Assembly: GCA_964633995.1 (NCBI GenBank)
Contig: CAZWKN010000003.1
Location: 5,750-69,749, forward strand
DNA from: an uncultured Gammaproteobacteria bacterium
Lineage (GTDB): Bacteria > Patescibacteriota > Microgenomatia > CAZETR01 > Amesbacteraceae
Length of the DNA stretch: 64,000 nucleotides
Reading direction: 5' to 3'
Part shown: in pieces, positions 1-10,678 of the stretch
How the letters are laid out: each line of letters starts with the position of its first letter
Numbering within the stretch: the first letter of the stretch is position 1
Position numbers and translations under genes: made by a program
Notes under the pieces: generated by a model
Seen by the model: only the letters and a program-made list of their open reading frames with translations
The model's database searches: none
What the model was told of the DNA's origin: nothing

Positions 1-36
1 GCTTTGAAAGAAGCTGTTAAGACATATGTTGATTAG
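1..36 (+). CDS. rplD: 3' end of 50S ribosomal protein L4 (partial)
   Basis: Frame ALKEAVKTYVD* ends overlapping the rplW start; identity from S10 operon order only. Confidence 0.6.
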   Translation, partial: ALKEAVKTYVD

Positions 37-316
37 GCCGATATTAACTGAAAAATCAGTGAGAGAAACTTCCAAACATCGATTTACTTTTGAGGTGGGA
101 ATCGACGACACAAAAACAAACATAAAGAAATTGGTAGAAAAAACTTTTGGGGTGAATGTAGTTAAGATACAAACTCTGGTAATGCCCGGAAAAGCTTATA
201 GAGCAGGAAAAAGATGGATCTTTAAGCAGTCGCCCGAATGGAAAAAGGCGGTAGTAACATTAAAACCCGGTCAGAAAATTGAATTATTTGGAATAGAAGC
301 CCAGGGGAATAAATAA
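26..316 (+). CDS. rplW: 50S ribosomal protein L23
   Basis: RPILTEKS...WKKAVVTL motifs; operon order. Confidence 0.97.
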   Translation: MLIRPILTEKSVRETSKHRFTFEVGIDDTKTNIKKLVEKTFGVNVVKIQTLVMPGKAYRAGKRWIFKQSPEWKKAVVTLKPGQKIELFGIEAQGNK

Positions 317-317
317 T

Positions 318-1145
318 ATGGCACTCAAACTTTTTAGACCAATAACTCCAGGAATGAGATTTTCTTCGGGCCTTGATTATTCCGGGCTGGCGGTTAATTC
401 ACCAGAAAAAAGCCTCAAGAGTATTTTACCTAAACAATCCGGAAGAAATTCGACTGGGAAAGTGACAACAAGACATCAAGGGGGCCGAGAAAAGAGATTC
501 TACCGTGAAATTGACTGGAAGAGGGAAAAAATAGACATGAAAGCAAAAGTGGTTTCAATTGAATATGATCCAAACAGAACGGCAAACATTGCATTACTTC
601 AATACTCTGATGGAGTTAAAAGATATATATTAGCACCCGAAGGACTCAAGCTTGGACAGACAATAATAAACGGGCCTTCGGCTCCATTAACTATTGGTAA
701 CTGTCTACCCATGAAAGATATTCCCGTGGGGACACCTATTCATGGGCTTGAAATTTTTCCAGGAAAAGGCGCACAAATTGTGAGGGGTGCCGGGGGAGCT
801 GCTTTGATCATGGGTTTTGAAGAAAGCAATGCTTTGGTAAAATTGCCCTCAGCTGAGATCCGAAGGTTTCCTGTTTCCTGTAGGGCTATAATTGGTCAGC
901 TAGGAAACGTTGAGTGGAAAAACATAAACCTAGGTAAGGCCGGTCGGAAACGACACATGGGAATTCGACCCACGGTTCGTGGTACAGCTCAAAATCCCAG
1001 AAGCCATAGTCATGGAGGCGGCGAGGGTAGATCTGGCGAAGGTATGCATCCCAAGACACCGTGGGGTAAGTCGGCCAGAGGAACTCGAACCAGAAATAAG
1101 AAAAGATATTCTAATTACTTGATCGCCCAAAGGCGAAGAAAATAA
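318..1145 (+). CDS. rplB: 50S ribosomal protein L2
   Basis: IEYDPNRTA, RPTVRG, HGGGEGR motifs. Confidence 0.99.
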   Translation: MALKLFRPITPGMRFSSGLDYSGLAVNSPEKSLKSILPKQSGRNSTGKVTTRHQGGREKRFYREIDWKREKIDMKAKVVSIEYDPNRTANIALLQYSDGVKRYILAPEGLKLGQTIINGPSAPLTIGNCLPMKDIPVGTPIHGLEIFPGKGAQIVRGAGGAALIMGFEESNALVKLPSAEIRRFPVSCRAIIGQLGNVEWKNINLGKAGRKRHMGIRPTVRGTAQNPRSHSHGGGEGRSGEGMHPKTPWGKSARGTRTRNKKRYSNYLIAQRRRK

Positions 1146-1148
1146 AAT

Positions 1149-1433
1149 ATGAGCAGAAGTGCCAAAAAAGGACCTTATATTGATCCAAACCTGATAAAAA
1201 AGGTGGCCAAAATGGTGGTTTTGGGGAAGAAATCGGCTATAAAAACATGGTCGCGGGCAAGTCAGATTTCCCCGGATTTTGTGGGGTACACTTTTTCGAT
1301 TCATAATGGCAATAAATTTATTGACGTATTTATCAGTGAAGCTATGGTAGGTCACCGATTGGGCGAGTTTGCACCTACCCGCACCTTCAAAGGACATGGC
1401 GCAATTGTTAAAAGAACAATGGATAAAACTTAA
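1149..1433 (+). CDS. rpsS: 30S ribosomal protein S19
   Basis: [22 protein letters not shown]. Confidence 0.99.
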   Translation: MSRSAKKGPYIDPNLIKKVAKMVVLGKKSAIKTWSRASQISPDFVGYTFSIHNGNKFIDVFISEAMVGHRLGEFAPTRTFKGHGAIVKRTMDKT

Positions 1434-1434
1434 T

Positions 1435-1782
1435 ATGAAACTTATTAAAGCCAAGGCCTCTTTTGTTAGGTTTAGTCCGAGAAAGCTTAAGCTGATTGCT
1501 GATGCAGTCAGAAAGATGAATCCAGTTGAGGCGATATCATATCTTAAGTTTTTTCCACATAAAGCGGCAGTGCCTGTTTTGAAAGTCTTCAAACAAGCAA
1601 TGGGAAACGCAAAGGATGTATCAATATCCCCCGCTGATCTGGCGGTTCGCACTTTGCAAATCCAAGGCGGGCCTAGGGGGGCAAAAAAAGCAGATGTTCA
1701 TTCTCATGGAGCCAGATTTGACCGAGGGGTTCGAAGAAAAAGACTATCACATATTATTTTAGAACTGTCCACAAATAAATAA
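1435..1782 (+). CDS. rplV: 50S ribosomal protein L22 (divergent hairpin loop)
   Basis: SPRK...KRLSHI; start moved to the ATG in TAATATG at 1435. Confidence 0.93.
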   Translation: MKLIKAKASFVRFSPRKLKLIADAVRKMNPVEAISYLKFFPHKAAVPVLKVFKQAMGNAKDVSISPADLAVRTLQIQGGPRGAKKADVHSHGARFDRGVRRKRLSHIILELSTNK

Positions 1783-1784
1783 AT

Positions 1785-2444
1785 ATGGGCCAAAAAGTAA
1801 ATCCATTAGCTTACAGATTGCCACTATCGCCGTCAGAGACGTGGTCTTCCCGATGGTTTACAACCAGTCATAAGAAATACATTAGTTACCTCGCCCAAGA
1901 TATTAAACTGAGAAAGGCCCTTATGGCTAAGTTGGCCGCGGCTTCGGTGACCAGGATCGAAATTGAAAGATCCTTGCGAAGCATGCGGGTAGTTATTTTT
2001 GTAACTAGACCCGGCGTGGTGATAGGAAGAGGTGGATCCGGACTTGAAGACATCAAGAAGTATATTTACTCGACGATGGGAATAAAGTCGGGAGCGAAAA
2101 ATACCCCAAGGATAGACTTGCAAGTTGAAGAGGTCAAGGAACCAGACCTAAATGCATATCTGGTGGCAACAAGAATATCCGAGCAATTGGCAAAGAGGAT
2201 GCCTGCTCGAAGAGTGGTTAACAAGGCTATGGAGAGAACGATGCAATCGCGGGCAGGTGGAATAAAGGTATTGCTGTCGGGAAGAATTGCCGGGGCCGAG
2301 ATTTCCAGAAGAGAAGCGTACAGAATGGGCTCTGTGCCACTCCAGACGCTCCGCGCAGACGTGGATTACGCCCAGGTGCCGTCTTTAACCAGATCGGGAT
2401 ATATTGGAGTTAAGGTATGGATTTGTAAGGGAGAAAAAAATTAG
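1785..2444 (+). CDS. rpsC: 30S ribosomal protein S3
   Basis: [30 protein letters not shown]. Confidence 0.99.
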   Translation: MGQKVNPLAYRLPLSPSETWSSRWFTTSHKKYISYLAQDIKLRKALMAKLAAASVTRIEIERSLRSMRVVIFVTRPGVVIGRGGSGLEDIKKYIYSTMGIKSGAKNTPRIDLQVEEVKEPDLNAYLVATRISEQLAKRMPARRVVNKAMERTMQSRAGGIKVLLSGRIAGAEISRREAYRMGSVPLQTLRADVDYAQVPSLTRSGYIGVKVWICKGEKN

Positions 2445-2445
2445 T

Positions 2446-2853
2446 ATGTTACAACCTAAAAGACAAAAACACAGAAAGCAATTTAGAGGTCAGATGCCCG
2501 GTATGTCTACGAGGGGGGCGAAGGTATCATTTGGAGAGTTTGGACTTAAGGCCATGGACAGAGGGTGGCTTTCTTCCCGGCAGATTGAAGCTGCCAGGAA
2601 GGCCATTTCTAGACATGCACAGAGAGGTGGCAAGGTCTGGATTCGCGTGTTTCCCGATAAGCCAATTACAAAGAAGGCATTGGGCACCCGCATGGGATCG
2701 GGCAAGGGAGACATTCATGAGTACGTAGCGGTTATTACCCCGGGGAGAATCTTGTTTGAGATTGCGGGAGTTACCGAAGAAGTTGCTAAATTGGCATTTG
2801 AAAGAGCTTCGGCAAAATTGCCTTTCGATGTTAAAACCGTATCTAAGATATAA
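2446..2853 (+). CDS. rplP: 50S ribosomal protein L16
   Basis: MLQPKR, RMGSGKG; start moved to 2446. Confidence 0.98.
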   Translation: MLQPKRQKHRKQFRGQMPGMSTRGAKVSFGEFGLKAMDRGWLSSRQIEAARKAISRHAQRGGKVWIRVFPDKPITKKALGTRMGSGKGDIHEYVAVITPGRILFEIAGVTEEVAKLAFERASAKLPFDVKTVSKI

Positions 2854-2855
2854 AT

Positions 2856-3059
2856 ATGGCAAAAACTAAAGTAAAAATTTCGCTCAAAGATATGACAGCT
2901 TCCGAGCTGATGGTCGAGGCAAAAAGGCTAAATCGTGAAGTAGCTAAATTGCGACTTGAGAAATCAGTGGGTAAGTTAAAAAATTTGAAATCGGTATTTT
3001 TTGCACGAAAAAATCTTGCTAAAACTCTTACTGTTTTAAAAACAAAATTAATCGTATAA
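2856..3059 (+). CDS. rpmC: 50S ribosomal protein L29
   Basis: Small basic protein with RKNLAKTLT; position between rplP and rpsQ. Confidence 0.88.
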   Translation: MAKTKVKISLKDMTASELMVEAKRLNREVAKLRLEKSVGKLKNLKSVFFARKNLAKTLTVLKTKLIV

Positions 3060-3071
3060 TAAGCCAATATT

Positions 3072-3296
3072 ATGAAAACCGTCTTAGGAAAAATAGTATC
3101 AGACAAAATGAAAAATGTGGTTGTTGTAGAAATGACCAGGCTTGTCGCACATCCGGAATACAGCAAGCGTGTACGACATACCAAGAAATTTCATGCTCAA
3201 AATGCTATTTCCGCCAAACTGGGCGATGTCGTCAAACTGGTTGAAACTAAACCAATTAGTAAAACTGTGAATTGGAAAGTTATTGAAATCATCTAA
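3072..3296 (+). CDS. rpsQ: 30S ribosomal protein S17
   Basis: [20 protein letters not shown]. Confidence 0.97.
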   Translation: MKTVLGKIVSDKMKNVVVVEMTRLVAHPEYSKRVRHTKKFHAQNAISAKLGDVVKLVETKPISKTVNWKVIEII

Positions 3297-3298
3297 AA

Positions 3299-3670
3299 AT
3301 GCTACAGTTAAGATCAGTTTTATCACTAGCGGATAATTGCGGAGCAAAAAAGCTCAAGCTTATTCATGTGGCTGGGGGGTCCAAAAGGACGTATGCATAT
3401 GTTGGGGATGTGGTGACGGCCGTAGTTGATCAAGCTGATCCCAATGGTGCTGTCAAAGACTCGGAAATTGTTAAGGCTGTAATAGTAAGAACGAGAAAAG
3501 AAACCAGGCGAAAAGATGGGAGTTATATACGTTTTGATGATAATGCCGCGGTGGTTATTGACCCCAAAACCGGCGAACCGAGAGGGACGAGGATATTCGG
3601 ACCTATCGCCAGAGAGGTGAAGGAGGCGGGTTACGCAAAGATTGCATCTTTGGCCCCTGAAGTATTATGA
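3299..3670 (+). CDS. rplN: 50S ribosomal protein L14
   Basis: ADNCGAK, FDDNAAV, GTRIFGP. Confidence 0.99.
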   Translation: MLQLRSVLSLADNCGAKKLKLIHVAGGSKRTYAYVGDVVTAVVDQADPNGAVKDSEIVKAVIVRTRKETRRKDGSYIRFDDNAAVVIDPKTGEPRGTRIFGPIAREVKEAGYAKIASLAPEVL

Positions 3671-3975
3671 AATTAAAAAAGAATGATTTAGTTATGGTGA
3701 CAACCGGGCGCGACAAAGGACGTCAGGGAAAAATTGAGAAAATCTTTTCTGACACAGAGTCGGTCTTGGTTTTGGGGATAAATCAGTATAAAAAACACCG
3801 TAAATCACAAGGTGAAGGAAAACCTGGTGATATCTTGACCCTAGACCGGCCAATAAAGACGTCTAAGGTGGCGATTATTTGCCCGAAATGTAAACAGCAG
3901 ACAAGAGTTGGCTTTACTTTATTAAATGACCAGAAGACCAGGGTTTGCCGTAAGTGCGACGAAAGGATAGATTGA
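3667..3975 (+). CDS. rplX: 50S ribosomal protein L24 (CxxC..CxxC)
   Basis: [11 protein letters not shown] motif; operon order. Confidence 0.97.
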   Translation: MKLKKNDLVMVTTGRDKGRQGKIEKIFSDTESVLVLGINQYKKHRKSQGEGKPGDILTLDRPIKTSKVAIICPKCKQQTRVGFTLLNDQKTRVCRKCDERID

Positions 3976-3977
3976 TT

Positions 3978-4523
3978 ATGAATTTATTTGAACACTATCA
4001 ACAAAATGTAGCCTCTAAACTGGCTGAAGAATTTGGGATTGCCAACCCAATGGCTATTCCTAAATTAACAAAGGTGGTTGTGAATATTGGATTGAAAGAG
4101 GCCGCTCACGATAAAGGGGTTTTGGAAAAGGCATCTGCTCAACTTGGCGACATCACAGGACAAAAACCTAAAATTACACGAGCTAAAAAATCCATTGCCA
4201 ACTTTAAACTCAGGGAGGGCGACCCGGTTGGACTTACGGTAACACTTCGAGGCAAGAGAATGTACGATTTTCTAACCAAACTTTTCAATATCGTGTTGCC
4301 AAGAGTCAGGGATTTTCATGGCGTTTCTACGAAGGCCTTTGACCTTTCTGGCAACTATACATTAGGTCTTTCTGAGCAAATTGTTTTCCCAGAAATCGAC
4401 TACTCCAAGATAGATAAAATCAGAGGCTTGGAGATCACAATCGTAAGTTCGGCAGTGGATGGTAAAATGGCAAGACGCTTACTGGAACTATTAGGTTTGG
4501 TATTTGAAAAGGAAGGCAAATAA
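3978..4523 (+). CDS. rplE: 50S ribosomal protein L5
   Basis: ITGQKP, FKLREG, PRVRDF; start moved to 3978. Confidence 0.99.
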   Translation: MNLFEHYQQNVASKLAEEFGIANPMAIPKLTKVVVNIGLKEAAHDKGVLEKASAQLGDITGQKPKITRAKKSIANFKLREGDPVGLTVTLRGKRMYDFLTKLFNIVLPRVRDFHGVSTKAFDLSGNYTLGLSEQIVFPEIDYSKIDKIRGLEITIVSSAVDGKMARRLLELLGLVFEKEGK

Positions 4524-4527
4524 AAAT

Positions 4528-4716
4528 ATGGCAAAAACATCTAAAATTGTTAAACAAAACAACGGGACGCTGAAATATCCGACTCAGTATAGAAATCGGT
4601 GTCAAGTTTGCGGCCGACCCAGATCCTTTATGCGAATGTTTGGGTTGTGCAGATTGTGTTTTAGAGAGTTAGCAAATAAAGGCGAATTGCCGGGAGTGAA
4701 AAAAGCATCATGGTAA
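4528..4716 (+). CDS. rpsZ: 30S ribosomal protein S14, Zn-binding type
   Basis: RCQVCGRPR...CRLCFRE...PGVKKASW. Confidence 0.97.
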   Translation: MAKTSKIVKQNNGTLKYPTQYRNRCQVCGRPRSFMRMFGLCRLCFRELANKGELPGVKKASW

Positions 4717-5090
4717 ACGACCATTTGTCAGATTTTATTACCAGAATTAGAAATGGCTATATGGCTGGGCGTAAGTCGGTGGATGCCCCAATGATTAAAA
4801 TCGTGGAAAAAGTAGCGCAAGTATTGGCTAAAGAGGGCTACGTAGAGGGGGTAAAAAGAGCAGATGGTCGGCTAGTTGTAGATTTGAAGTACGAAGATAA
4901 AAAACCAGTAATTATGGGAATAAAAAGAGTATCTAAGCCAGGAGCCAGGATTTATACATCTATACAAAAAATTGAAAGAGTCTGGGGAGGTTTAGGAAAA
5001 AATATTTTATCCACACCAAAAGGAATTATGAGCGATAAGGAAGCAAGAAAGTTAAAAACCGGTGGAGAAATTATTTGCCAGGTTTGGTAA
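4710..5090 (+). CDS. rpsH: 30S ribosomal protein S8
   Basis: [20 protein letters not shown]. Confidence 0.98.
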   Translation: MVNDHLSDFITRIRNGYMAGRKSVDAPMIKIVEKVAQVLAKEGYVEGVKRADGRLVVDLKYEDKKPVIMGIKRVSKPGARIYTSIQKIERVWGGLGKNILSTPKGIMSDKEARKLKTGGEIICQVW

Positions 5091-5096
5091 ACGCTT

Positions 5097-5642
5097 ATGT
5101 CAAGAATCGGAAAAAATCCAATTAATTTACCCAGTGGAGTAACTATTAAGGTTGAGGGCGGCAAGGTGCTCGTCTTTGGACCTAAGGGCAATTTGCAAAT
5201 AAACATTCCTACAGGCGTGTCGGTTGATTTGGCGAACGAGCACGTTACGGTTAAAGGAGAAGGCGAGATTGGCTCTTTACTAGGGCTAACCAGGACTCTT
5301 GTTTCCAATATGGTAGTTGGGGTAACTGAAGGTTGGAGCAAGGTTTTGGAACTTTCGGGGACCGGATACAGAGCAAACACAACTGGTAACGAGCTAAATT
5401 TGGCTCTTGGTTTCTCTCACCCAGTGAAATTGGTGGCCCCTGCTGGCCTAACTTTTGAAGTAAAGGATAACAAAATAACCATTAGAGGGGCTGACAAGTC
5501 GCTTGTTGGGGAAATGGCTGCTAAAATAAGAGCCCTGAAGCCAGCTGACCCTTACAAAGCCAAGGGGTTTAAATATGAAGGTGAAGTTATTATTAGGAAA
5601 GCTGGGAAAGCGGCCAAGGCTGCCGGAACAGGAGGAAAATAA
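5097..5642 (+). CDS. rplF: 50S ribosomal protein L6
   Basis: MSRIGK, LGFSHP, PYKAKG. Confidence 0.99.
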   Translation: MSRIGKNPINLPSGVTIKVEGGKVLVFGPKGNLQINIPTGVSVDLANEHVTVKGEGEIGSLLGLTRTLVSNMVVGVTEGWSKVLELSGTGYRANTTGNELNLALGFSHPVKLVAPAGLTFEVKDNKITIRGADKSLVGEMAAKIRALKPADPYKAKGFKYEGEVIIRKAGKAAKAAGTGGK

Positions 5643-5644
5643 AT

Positions 5645-5974
5645 ATGAGTAAATTAATCGTAAAAAGATATGCATCTAGGGCCGCAAGAAGACTAGCCAG
5701 GGTCAGGTCGGCAGTTTCTAAAAACCTGGAGGTTCCACGATTGTCGGTGTTTAAATCGAATAAATACCTTTACGCGCAGATTATCGATCAAAAGACTGGA
5801 AAATCCGTAGCTGGTGTAAGGTCCAAGACTGCCGACGAGGCAGGTAAAAGGATCACCGAAAAGGCGATGGCGACTGGGATTAAGAATGTAATTTTTGACC
5901 GGGGATCTTACAGATATCACGGTAAAGTCAAATTATTAGCTGAGAGCGCCAGAGAGGCGGGATTGGAGTTTTAA
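5645..5974 (+). CDS. rplR: 50S ribosomal protein L18
   Basis: [19 protein letters not shown]. Confidence 0.97.
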   Translation: MSKLIVKRYASRAARRLARVRSAVSKNLEVPRLSVFKSNKYLYAQIIDQKTGKSVAGVRSKTADEAGKRITEKAMATGIKNVIFDRGSYRYHGKVKLLAESAREAGLEF

Positions 5975-5975
5975 T

Positions 5976-6425
5976 ATGTGGCAGGCAGAACCAAAAGAAT
6001 ACGAAGAGAAAGTAGTCCAGGTTAATAGGGTCTCTAAAAAAACAAAGGGTGGTAATCGGGCGAGCTTCGCCGCCTTGGTGGTGGTGGGTAATAAGAAAGG
6101 GCGTGTCGGAGTGGGGCTTGGAAAGGCGCCTGACGTCGCATCTGCAATTAGAAAGGCTAGTAGCTACGCCCAAAAACGACTTATTGATGTGCCGATGAGA
6201 GGGACGACAATTCCTCACGAAATAAAAATTAAACTAGGCGCAGCCAGATTGATCTTAAAACCAGCCCCAGAGGGATCCGGAGTCATTGCTGGTGGTCCGG
6301 TAAGAGCAGTTGTAGAGGCCGCTGGGATTAGGGATATTGTGGCAAAGATTTTGGGAACAGCTAATAAAGCTAGTAATGTTTACGCGACGTTTGATGCGTT
6401 AAAAATGTTAAAGAAGAACAAATAA
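5976..6425 (+). CDS. rpsE: 30S ribosomal protein S5
   Basis: [21 protein letters not shown]. Confidence 0.99.
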   Translation: MWQAEPKEYEEKVVQVNRVSKKTKGGNRASFAALVVVGNKKGRVGVGLGKAPDVASAIRKASSYAQKRLIDVPMRGTTIPHEIKIKLGAARLILKPAPEGSGVIAGGPVRAVVEAAGIRDIVAKILGTANKASNVYATFDALKMLKKNK

Positions 6426-6426
6426 T

Positions 6427-6861
6427 ATGACTGAAATTAAGTTACCAAAATTAGTCGTTAGATCATCAAAAAGAGTGGGTAGGGGTATAGGTTCCGGAAA
6501 GGGCGGACATACAAGTGGACGGGGCAACAAGGGACAAAAGGCGAGAGGAAAGGTGGCAATAAACTTTGAGGGTACAAAGTTTAAGAAATCGCTAATTAAA
6601 AGGTTACCGTTATTACGAGGGAAGGGTAAGTTTAATTCATGGAATCAGCGAGTAACCCCTATAAAGTTGACTAGCCTTTCAAATTGGCCAGCTAAAGAAG
6701 TTGTCAGCCTTGAAAACCTGATTAAATTTGGAATGGTAAAGAGCGGGGAAATGGCAAAAATTGTCGCCGACGGGGAAATAAAGGTCGCTTTGACCATAGC
6801 TGTGCCTGCCTCTGCTTCTGCTTTATCCAAAATCACAAAAGCCGGCGGGAAAGTGGAATAA
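6427..6861 (+). CDS. rplO: 50S ribosomal protein L15
   Basis: RVGRGIGSGKG..SGRGNKGQKAR; follows rpsE directly, with no rpmD. Confidence 0.97.
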   Translation: MTEIKLPKLVVRSSKRVGRGIGSGKGGHTSGRGNKGQKARGKVAINFEGTKFKKSLIKRLPLLRGKGKFNSWNQRVTPIKLTSLSNWPAKEVVSLENLIKFGMVKSGEMAKIVADGEIKVALTIAVPASASALSKITKAGGKVE

Positions 6862-6865
6862 GTAA

Positions 6866-8155
6866 ATGAAAAAGATGACACAGATGTTGTCAATGGTATG
6901 GCGCTCGAAAGAGTTGCGAAACAAGCTGTTGTTTACGGTAGTAATCTTGTTTTTGTATAGATTATTGGCTCATATTCCAGTGGCTGGAGTGGACAGAAAT
7001 GCCCTCAAACAATTGTTCTCCGGGAGCCAAATATTGGGACTTTTGGATATCTTTTCCGGGGGAACTTTGGCTAATTTTTCATTAGTAGCACTAGGCCTTG
7101 GACCATATATTAACGCCTCTATTATCATGCAGTTGCTCTCAGTGATATTTCCAAAACTCGAAGAGATGCAAAAAGAGGGCGAGTATGGACGCGAGATCAT
7201 TAATCAGTACACAAGGATGTTGGCAGTCCCTATATCGTTATTACAAGGAATTGCAATGTATTTTCTGTTAAGGGGCCAGCAAATTATAGGTGATCTAAAT
7301 CCCCTTTCTATGATTGCGCTTTTGGCCACGTTGACGGCTGGAACGATGTTGACTGTGTGGCTGGGAGAACTAATCACAGAATACGGAATAGGAAATGGCA
7401 TTAGTTTGCTGATTTTTGCGGGAATAGTGGGACGACTACCAGTAACACTTGGGCAGACAGTAGCAACTCTTGAAACTATCAACTTCGGTAATTTATTGGT
7501 GTTTGTAGGGCTTAGTTTGGTGGTTGTTGCGGGCGTCGTCTTTATGAACGAAGCATCAAGAAACATATTGGTCCAATATGCAAAACGCATTAAGTCGGGA
7601 AAGTCATATGGTGGACAAGCCACACATCTTCCCCTCAGAGTTAATCAAGCCGGAGTAATCCCTATAATATTTGCGGTTTCTTTGGTGTTGCTTCCATCAA
7701 TGGTGGGTAAGTTTTTGGAGCAATCAGGGAACCAAGTGTTGGCGGGATCAGCAAGATGGCTAGCAGATGTTATGAGACCCGGAGGGTGGACGTACAATTT
7801 AGTATATTTTGCCCTGGTGGTGGGGTTCACTTATTTTTACACCGCCGTGGTGTTTAACCCTGAAAAAATTTCTGAGGATTTGAAAAAATACGGAGGCTTC
7901 ATCCCAGGAATCCGACCGGGGGTGGCCACGACAGAATATTTGAATCAGGTGTTAAACAGAATCACGTTTGCTGGTGCCTTGTTTTTGGGGACAATTGCAG
8001 TTTTACCATCTGTAATGCAAGAGGTGTTTAAGATTCCTACCTTATCCATGGGAGGAACAGGTATCTTGATCGTAGTATCAGTAGTCTTGGAGACCACAAA
8101 ATCGTTGCAATCCCAATTATTGGTGAAAAATTACGACGGTTTTTTGGGCGCGTGA
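6866..8155 (+). CDS. secY: Preprotein translocase subunit SecY
   Basis: Multi-TM; [27 protein letters not shown]. Confidence 0.99.
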   Translation: MKKMTQMLSMVWRSKELRNKLLFTVVILFLYRLLAHIPVAGVDRNALKQLFSGSQILGLLDIFSGGTLANFSLVALGLGPYINASIIMQLLSVIFPKLEEMQKEGEYGREIINQYTRMLAVPISLLQGIAMYFLLRGQQIIGDLNPLSMIALLATLTAGTMLTVWLGELITEYGIGNGISLLIFAGIVGRLPVTLGQTVATLETINFGNLLVFVGLSLVVVAGVVFMNEASRNILVQYAKRIKSGKSYGGQATHLPLRVNQAGVIPIIFAVSLVLLPSMVGKFLEQSGNQVLAGSARWLADVMRPGGWTYNLVYFALVVGFTYFYTAVVFNPEKISEDLKKYGGFIPGIRPGVATTEYLNQVLNRITFAGALFLGTIAVLPSVMQEVFKIPTLSMGGTGILIVVSVVLETTKSLQSQLLVKNYDGFLGA

Positions 8156-8156
8156 T

Positions 8157-8798
8157 ATGAACATTGTTCTGACGGGACCGCAGGGATCGGGAAAAGGAAC
8201 TCAGGCAGAATTATTGGCAAATAAATATCATCTTATCTATTTGGAAATGGGAAAGATCCTTAGGAGCATATCTACATCTGACAACGAACACTCCAAGATC
8301 GTTTTTGATGCATTAAATTCCGGAAATCTAGTACCTGACGAATACGTGAGATTGATAGCCTGGGATTTTATAAACAAGCATCACGACACTCACAATGGTT
8401 TTATATTTGACGGTTACCCGCGCAGCGTTGAACAGTATGACCAGCTCGAGGATATTTTATGTAAGTTTGGAAAACAAATTGATCACGTAATTCTACTTGA
8501 TATCCCCCCAGAGGAGTCGGTAAGACGATTAACAGCTAGGAGAAATTGTGAGAAATGTGGGGCTATTTATAACTTAATTACCGAACCTCCCAAAAAGTTA
8601 GATGAGTGTGATAAATGTGGAGGAAAGTTGATTAGTCGATTAGATGACCAGCCAGACGCCATAAGAAGAAGACTTCAACTTTATAGGGAAAGCACAGCCG
8701 GCGTGTTGAAAAGGGCGGAACTAGAAAATAAATTGATAATAATAGATGGCAAAAAAAGTATAAATGATATTTTTAGCGACATTGTTTCCAAGCTGTAA
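8157..8798 (+). CDS. adk: Adenylate kinase with Zn lid
   Basis: GPQGSGKGT P-loop, DGYPR, CxxC..CxxC lid. Confidence 0.97.
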   Translation: MNIVLTGPQGSGKGTQAELLANKYHLIYLEMGKILRSISTSDNEHSKIVFDALNSGNLVPDEYVRLIAWDFINKHHDTHNGFIFDGYPRSVEQYDQLEDILCKFGKQIDHVILLDIPPEESVRRLTARRNCEKCGAIYNLITEPPKKLDECDKCGGKLISRLDDQPDAIRRRLQLYRESTAGVLKRAELENKLIIIDGKKSINDIFSDIVSKL

Positions 8799-9556
8799 TG
8801 AAGAAGTTTTCTATAAAATCACCTCAGGAAATTGAAATTATGACCCAGGGGGGGGCTATGCTTGCTAAGATAAAACGCCAACTAGCCGAGGCTGCGGATA
8901 TTGGCATGACTACACTGGAGCTAGACAGCCTAGCGGAAAAACTGATTGAGAAAACTGGAGGTGAGGCTGCATTTAAAAGGGTGCCGGGGTATAAACATGC
9001 AACGTGCATAAACATTAACGAGGAAGTGGTTCACGGGATTCCGGGAGAGCGAAGGATTAAAAACGGCGATTTGGTGGCGATTGACGTAGGTCTTTATTAT
9101 AAGGGATTTTATACTGACACTTCGGTATCCGTGGGGGTCGGAAAAATCAGTCCAAAAGTAAAACTTTTTTTAGAAGTGGGTAAAAAAGCGCTTTCGAAAG
9201 CAATTTTTGAAGCTAGACCCGGAAAACGAGTGATCGATATATCAACGGCCATGCAAAAAACCATCGAGAAAGCCGGATATTCCGTGGTTAGATCTTTAAC
9301 TGGCCATGGTGTGGGCAGAGAGCTACACGAAGAACCGGCGATTCCGTGTTTTAGGCTGGGCGAGTACCAACATTCCCCCAAGTTGGTTTCGGGCATGGTT
9401 ATTGCCGTCGAAGTTATGTATAACGAGGGTGGGTGGGAAGTGGTATATAAAAACGATGACGGTTGGACAATAGGCACGGCTGATGGTAAAATATCAGGAC
9501 TGTTTGAAGAAACTGTAGCCATAACTGCTAGTGGACCGGTGGTTCTTACAGACTAA
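8798..9556 (+). CDS. map: Methionine aminopeptidase type I
   Basis: NEEVVHGIP, GHGVG..LHEEP. Confidence 0.98.
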   Translation: MKKFSIKSPQEIEIMTQGGAMLAKIKRQLAEAADIGMTTLELDSLAEKLIEKTGGEAAFKRVPGYKHATCININEEVVHGIPGERRIKNGDLVAIDVGLYYKGFYTDTSVSVGVGKISPKVKLFLEVGKKALSKAIFEARPGKRVIDISTAMQKTIEKAGYSVVRSLTGHGVGRELHEEPAIPCFRLGEYQHSPKLVSGMVIAVEVMYNEGGWEVVYKNDDGWTIGTADGKISGLFEETVAITASGPVVLTD

Positions 9557-9562
9557 AAAAAG

Positions 9563-9802
9563 ATGAGTAGCTCACAGGTTTTTTCGGTCGAAGGGGTCGT
9601 TTTGGAGAACTTACCCAATACGATGTTTCGCATCAAAATTACGGCCGCAAATAACTCGGAGTTGCTGGAAAAAACGATTTTGGCTCACCTGGCAGGCAAG
9701 ATGAGAGTTCACTTTGTTCGCCTGCTTCCGGGTGATAGAGTGCGATGCGAAATAAACGCACTGGACCTAACCAAAGGAAGGGTTGTAAGTAAACAAAGAT
9801 AA
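9563..9802 (+). CDS. infA: Translation initiation factor IF-1
   Basis: [21 protein letters not shown]. Confidence 0.96.
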   Translation: MSSSQVFSVEGVVLENLPNTMFRIKITAANNSELLEKTILAHLAGKMRVHFVRLLPGDRVRCEINALDLTKGRVVSKQR

Positions 9803-9809
9803 ACAAAAA

Positions 9810-9923
9810 ATGAAAGTGCAAGCCAGCATTACTACAAGGTGTCGCAATTGCAAGGTGATTAAACGCCGGGGTACGTTGTTTGTTATTTGTACAAATCCAA
9901 AACACAAACAAAGACAAGGTTAA
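9810..9923 (+). CDS. rpmJ: 50S ribosomal protein L36 (not in ORF track)
   Basis: Translated by hand: [37 protein letters not shown]. Confidence 0.98.
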   Translation: MKVQASITTRCRNCKVIKRRGTLFVICTNPKHKQRQG

Positions 9924-9924
9924 T

Positions 9925-10332
9925 ATGCCAAGAATTGCAGGAGTTGATATTCCAGAAAAGAAACGAATTGACATAGCGTTGACATATGTCTACGGCCTGG
10001 GAAGGGTTAACGTCGTTGAAGTACTGAAAAAGGCTAATCTAATAGCTTCAAAAAGGACTTATGAACTGACGGCTGACGAGTTGTCTAGACTTCAAAAGAC
10101 TGTTGACGAGATGAAACTTGAGGGAGATTTACGAAAAGAAACATCGCAGAACATTTCAAGACTGAGAGAGATTGGCTCATACAGAGGCATCAGGCACTCC
10201 AGAGGACTACCAGTCCGCGGTCAACGAACAAGGACTAATGCCAGGACAAAGAGGGGCAAGAGGGTAACAATTGGGGCACTAAAGAAAGAGGTTTTGGCTC
10301 AAAAGACAGTTAAGGAGGAAACTAAAAAATAA
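9925..10332 (+). CDS. rpsM: 30S ribosomal protein S13
   Basis: MPRIAGV, YRGIRH..GLPVRGQRTRTNARTK; start moved to 9925. Confidence 0.99.
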   Translation: MPRIAGVDIPEKKRIDIALTYVYGLGRVNVVEVLKKANLIASKRTYELTADELSRLQKTVDEMKLEGDLRKETSQNISRLREIGSYRGIRHSRGLPVRGQRTRTNARTKRGKRVTIGALKKEVLAQKTVKEETKK

Positions 10333-10335
10333 AAT

Positions 10336-10677
10336 ATGAACGGAAAGGCTTTTATTACTGCTACATTCAATAATACCCTGGTAACGATTACTGATGGGTC
10401 TGGAAATGCGGTTTCTTGGGGCTCTTCTGGAGCGTCTGGGTTTAAGGGAACTCGAAAGTCTACCCCCTTTGCTGCAACTACAGCTGTAGAAGGAGCCGCG
10501 AGAAAAGCCATGGATAAAGGAGTGAAAGAGGTTGAAGTATACTTAAAGGGTCCGGGTAGCGGAAGAGATGCCGCCTTGAGGGCTCTTAAATCGGTGGGGA
10601 TGAAAATGACTCTAATAGCAGATGTAACCCCGATGGCACATAACGGGGCGAGACCTAAAAAGAGAAGGAGAGTATAA
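10336..10677 (+). CDS. rpsK: 30S ribosomal protein S11 (no N-terminal basic tail)
   Basis: TFNNT, KSTPFAA, GPGSGR, DVTP.AHNG. Confidence 0.99.
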   Translation: MNGKAFITATFNNTLVTITDGSGNAVSWGSSGASGFKGTRKSTPFAATTAVEGAARKAMDKGVKEVEVYLKGPGSGRDAALRALKSVGMKMTLIADVTPMAHNGARPKKRRRV

Positions 10678-10678
10678 A

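Noticed and set aside
930-1652. 240-aa antisense ORF, and similar ones at 4952-5380, 7204-7623 and 9109-9522
   Set aside because: Shadows of conserved ribosomal, secY and map genes with no recognisable motifs
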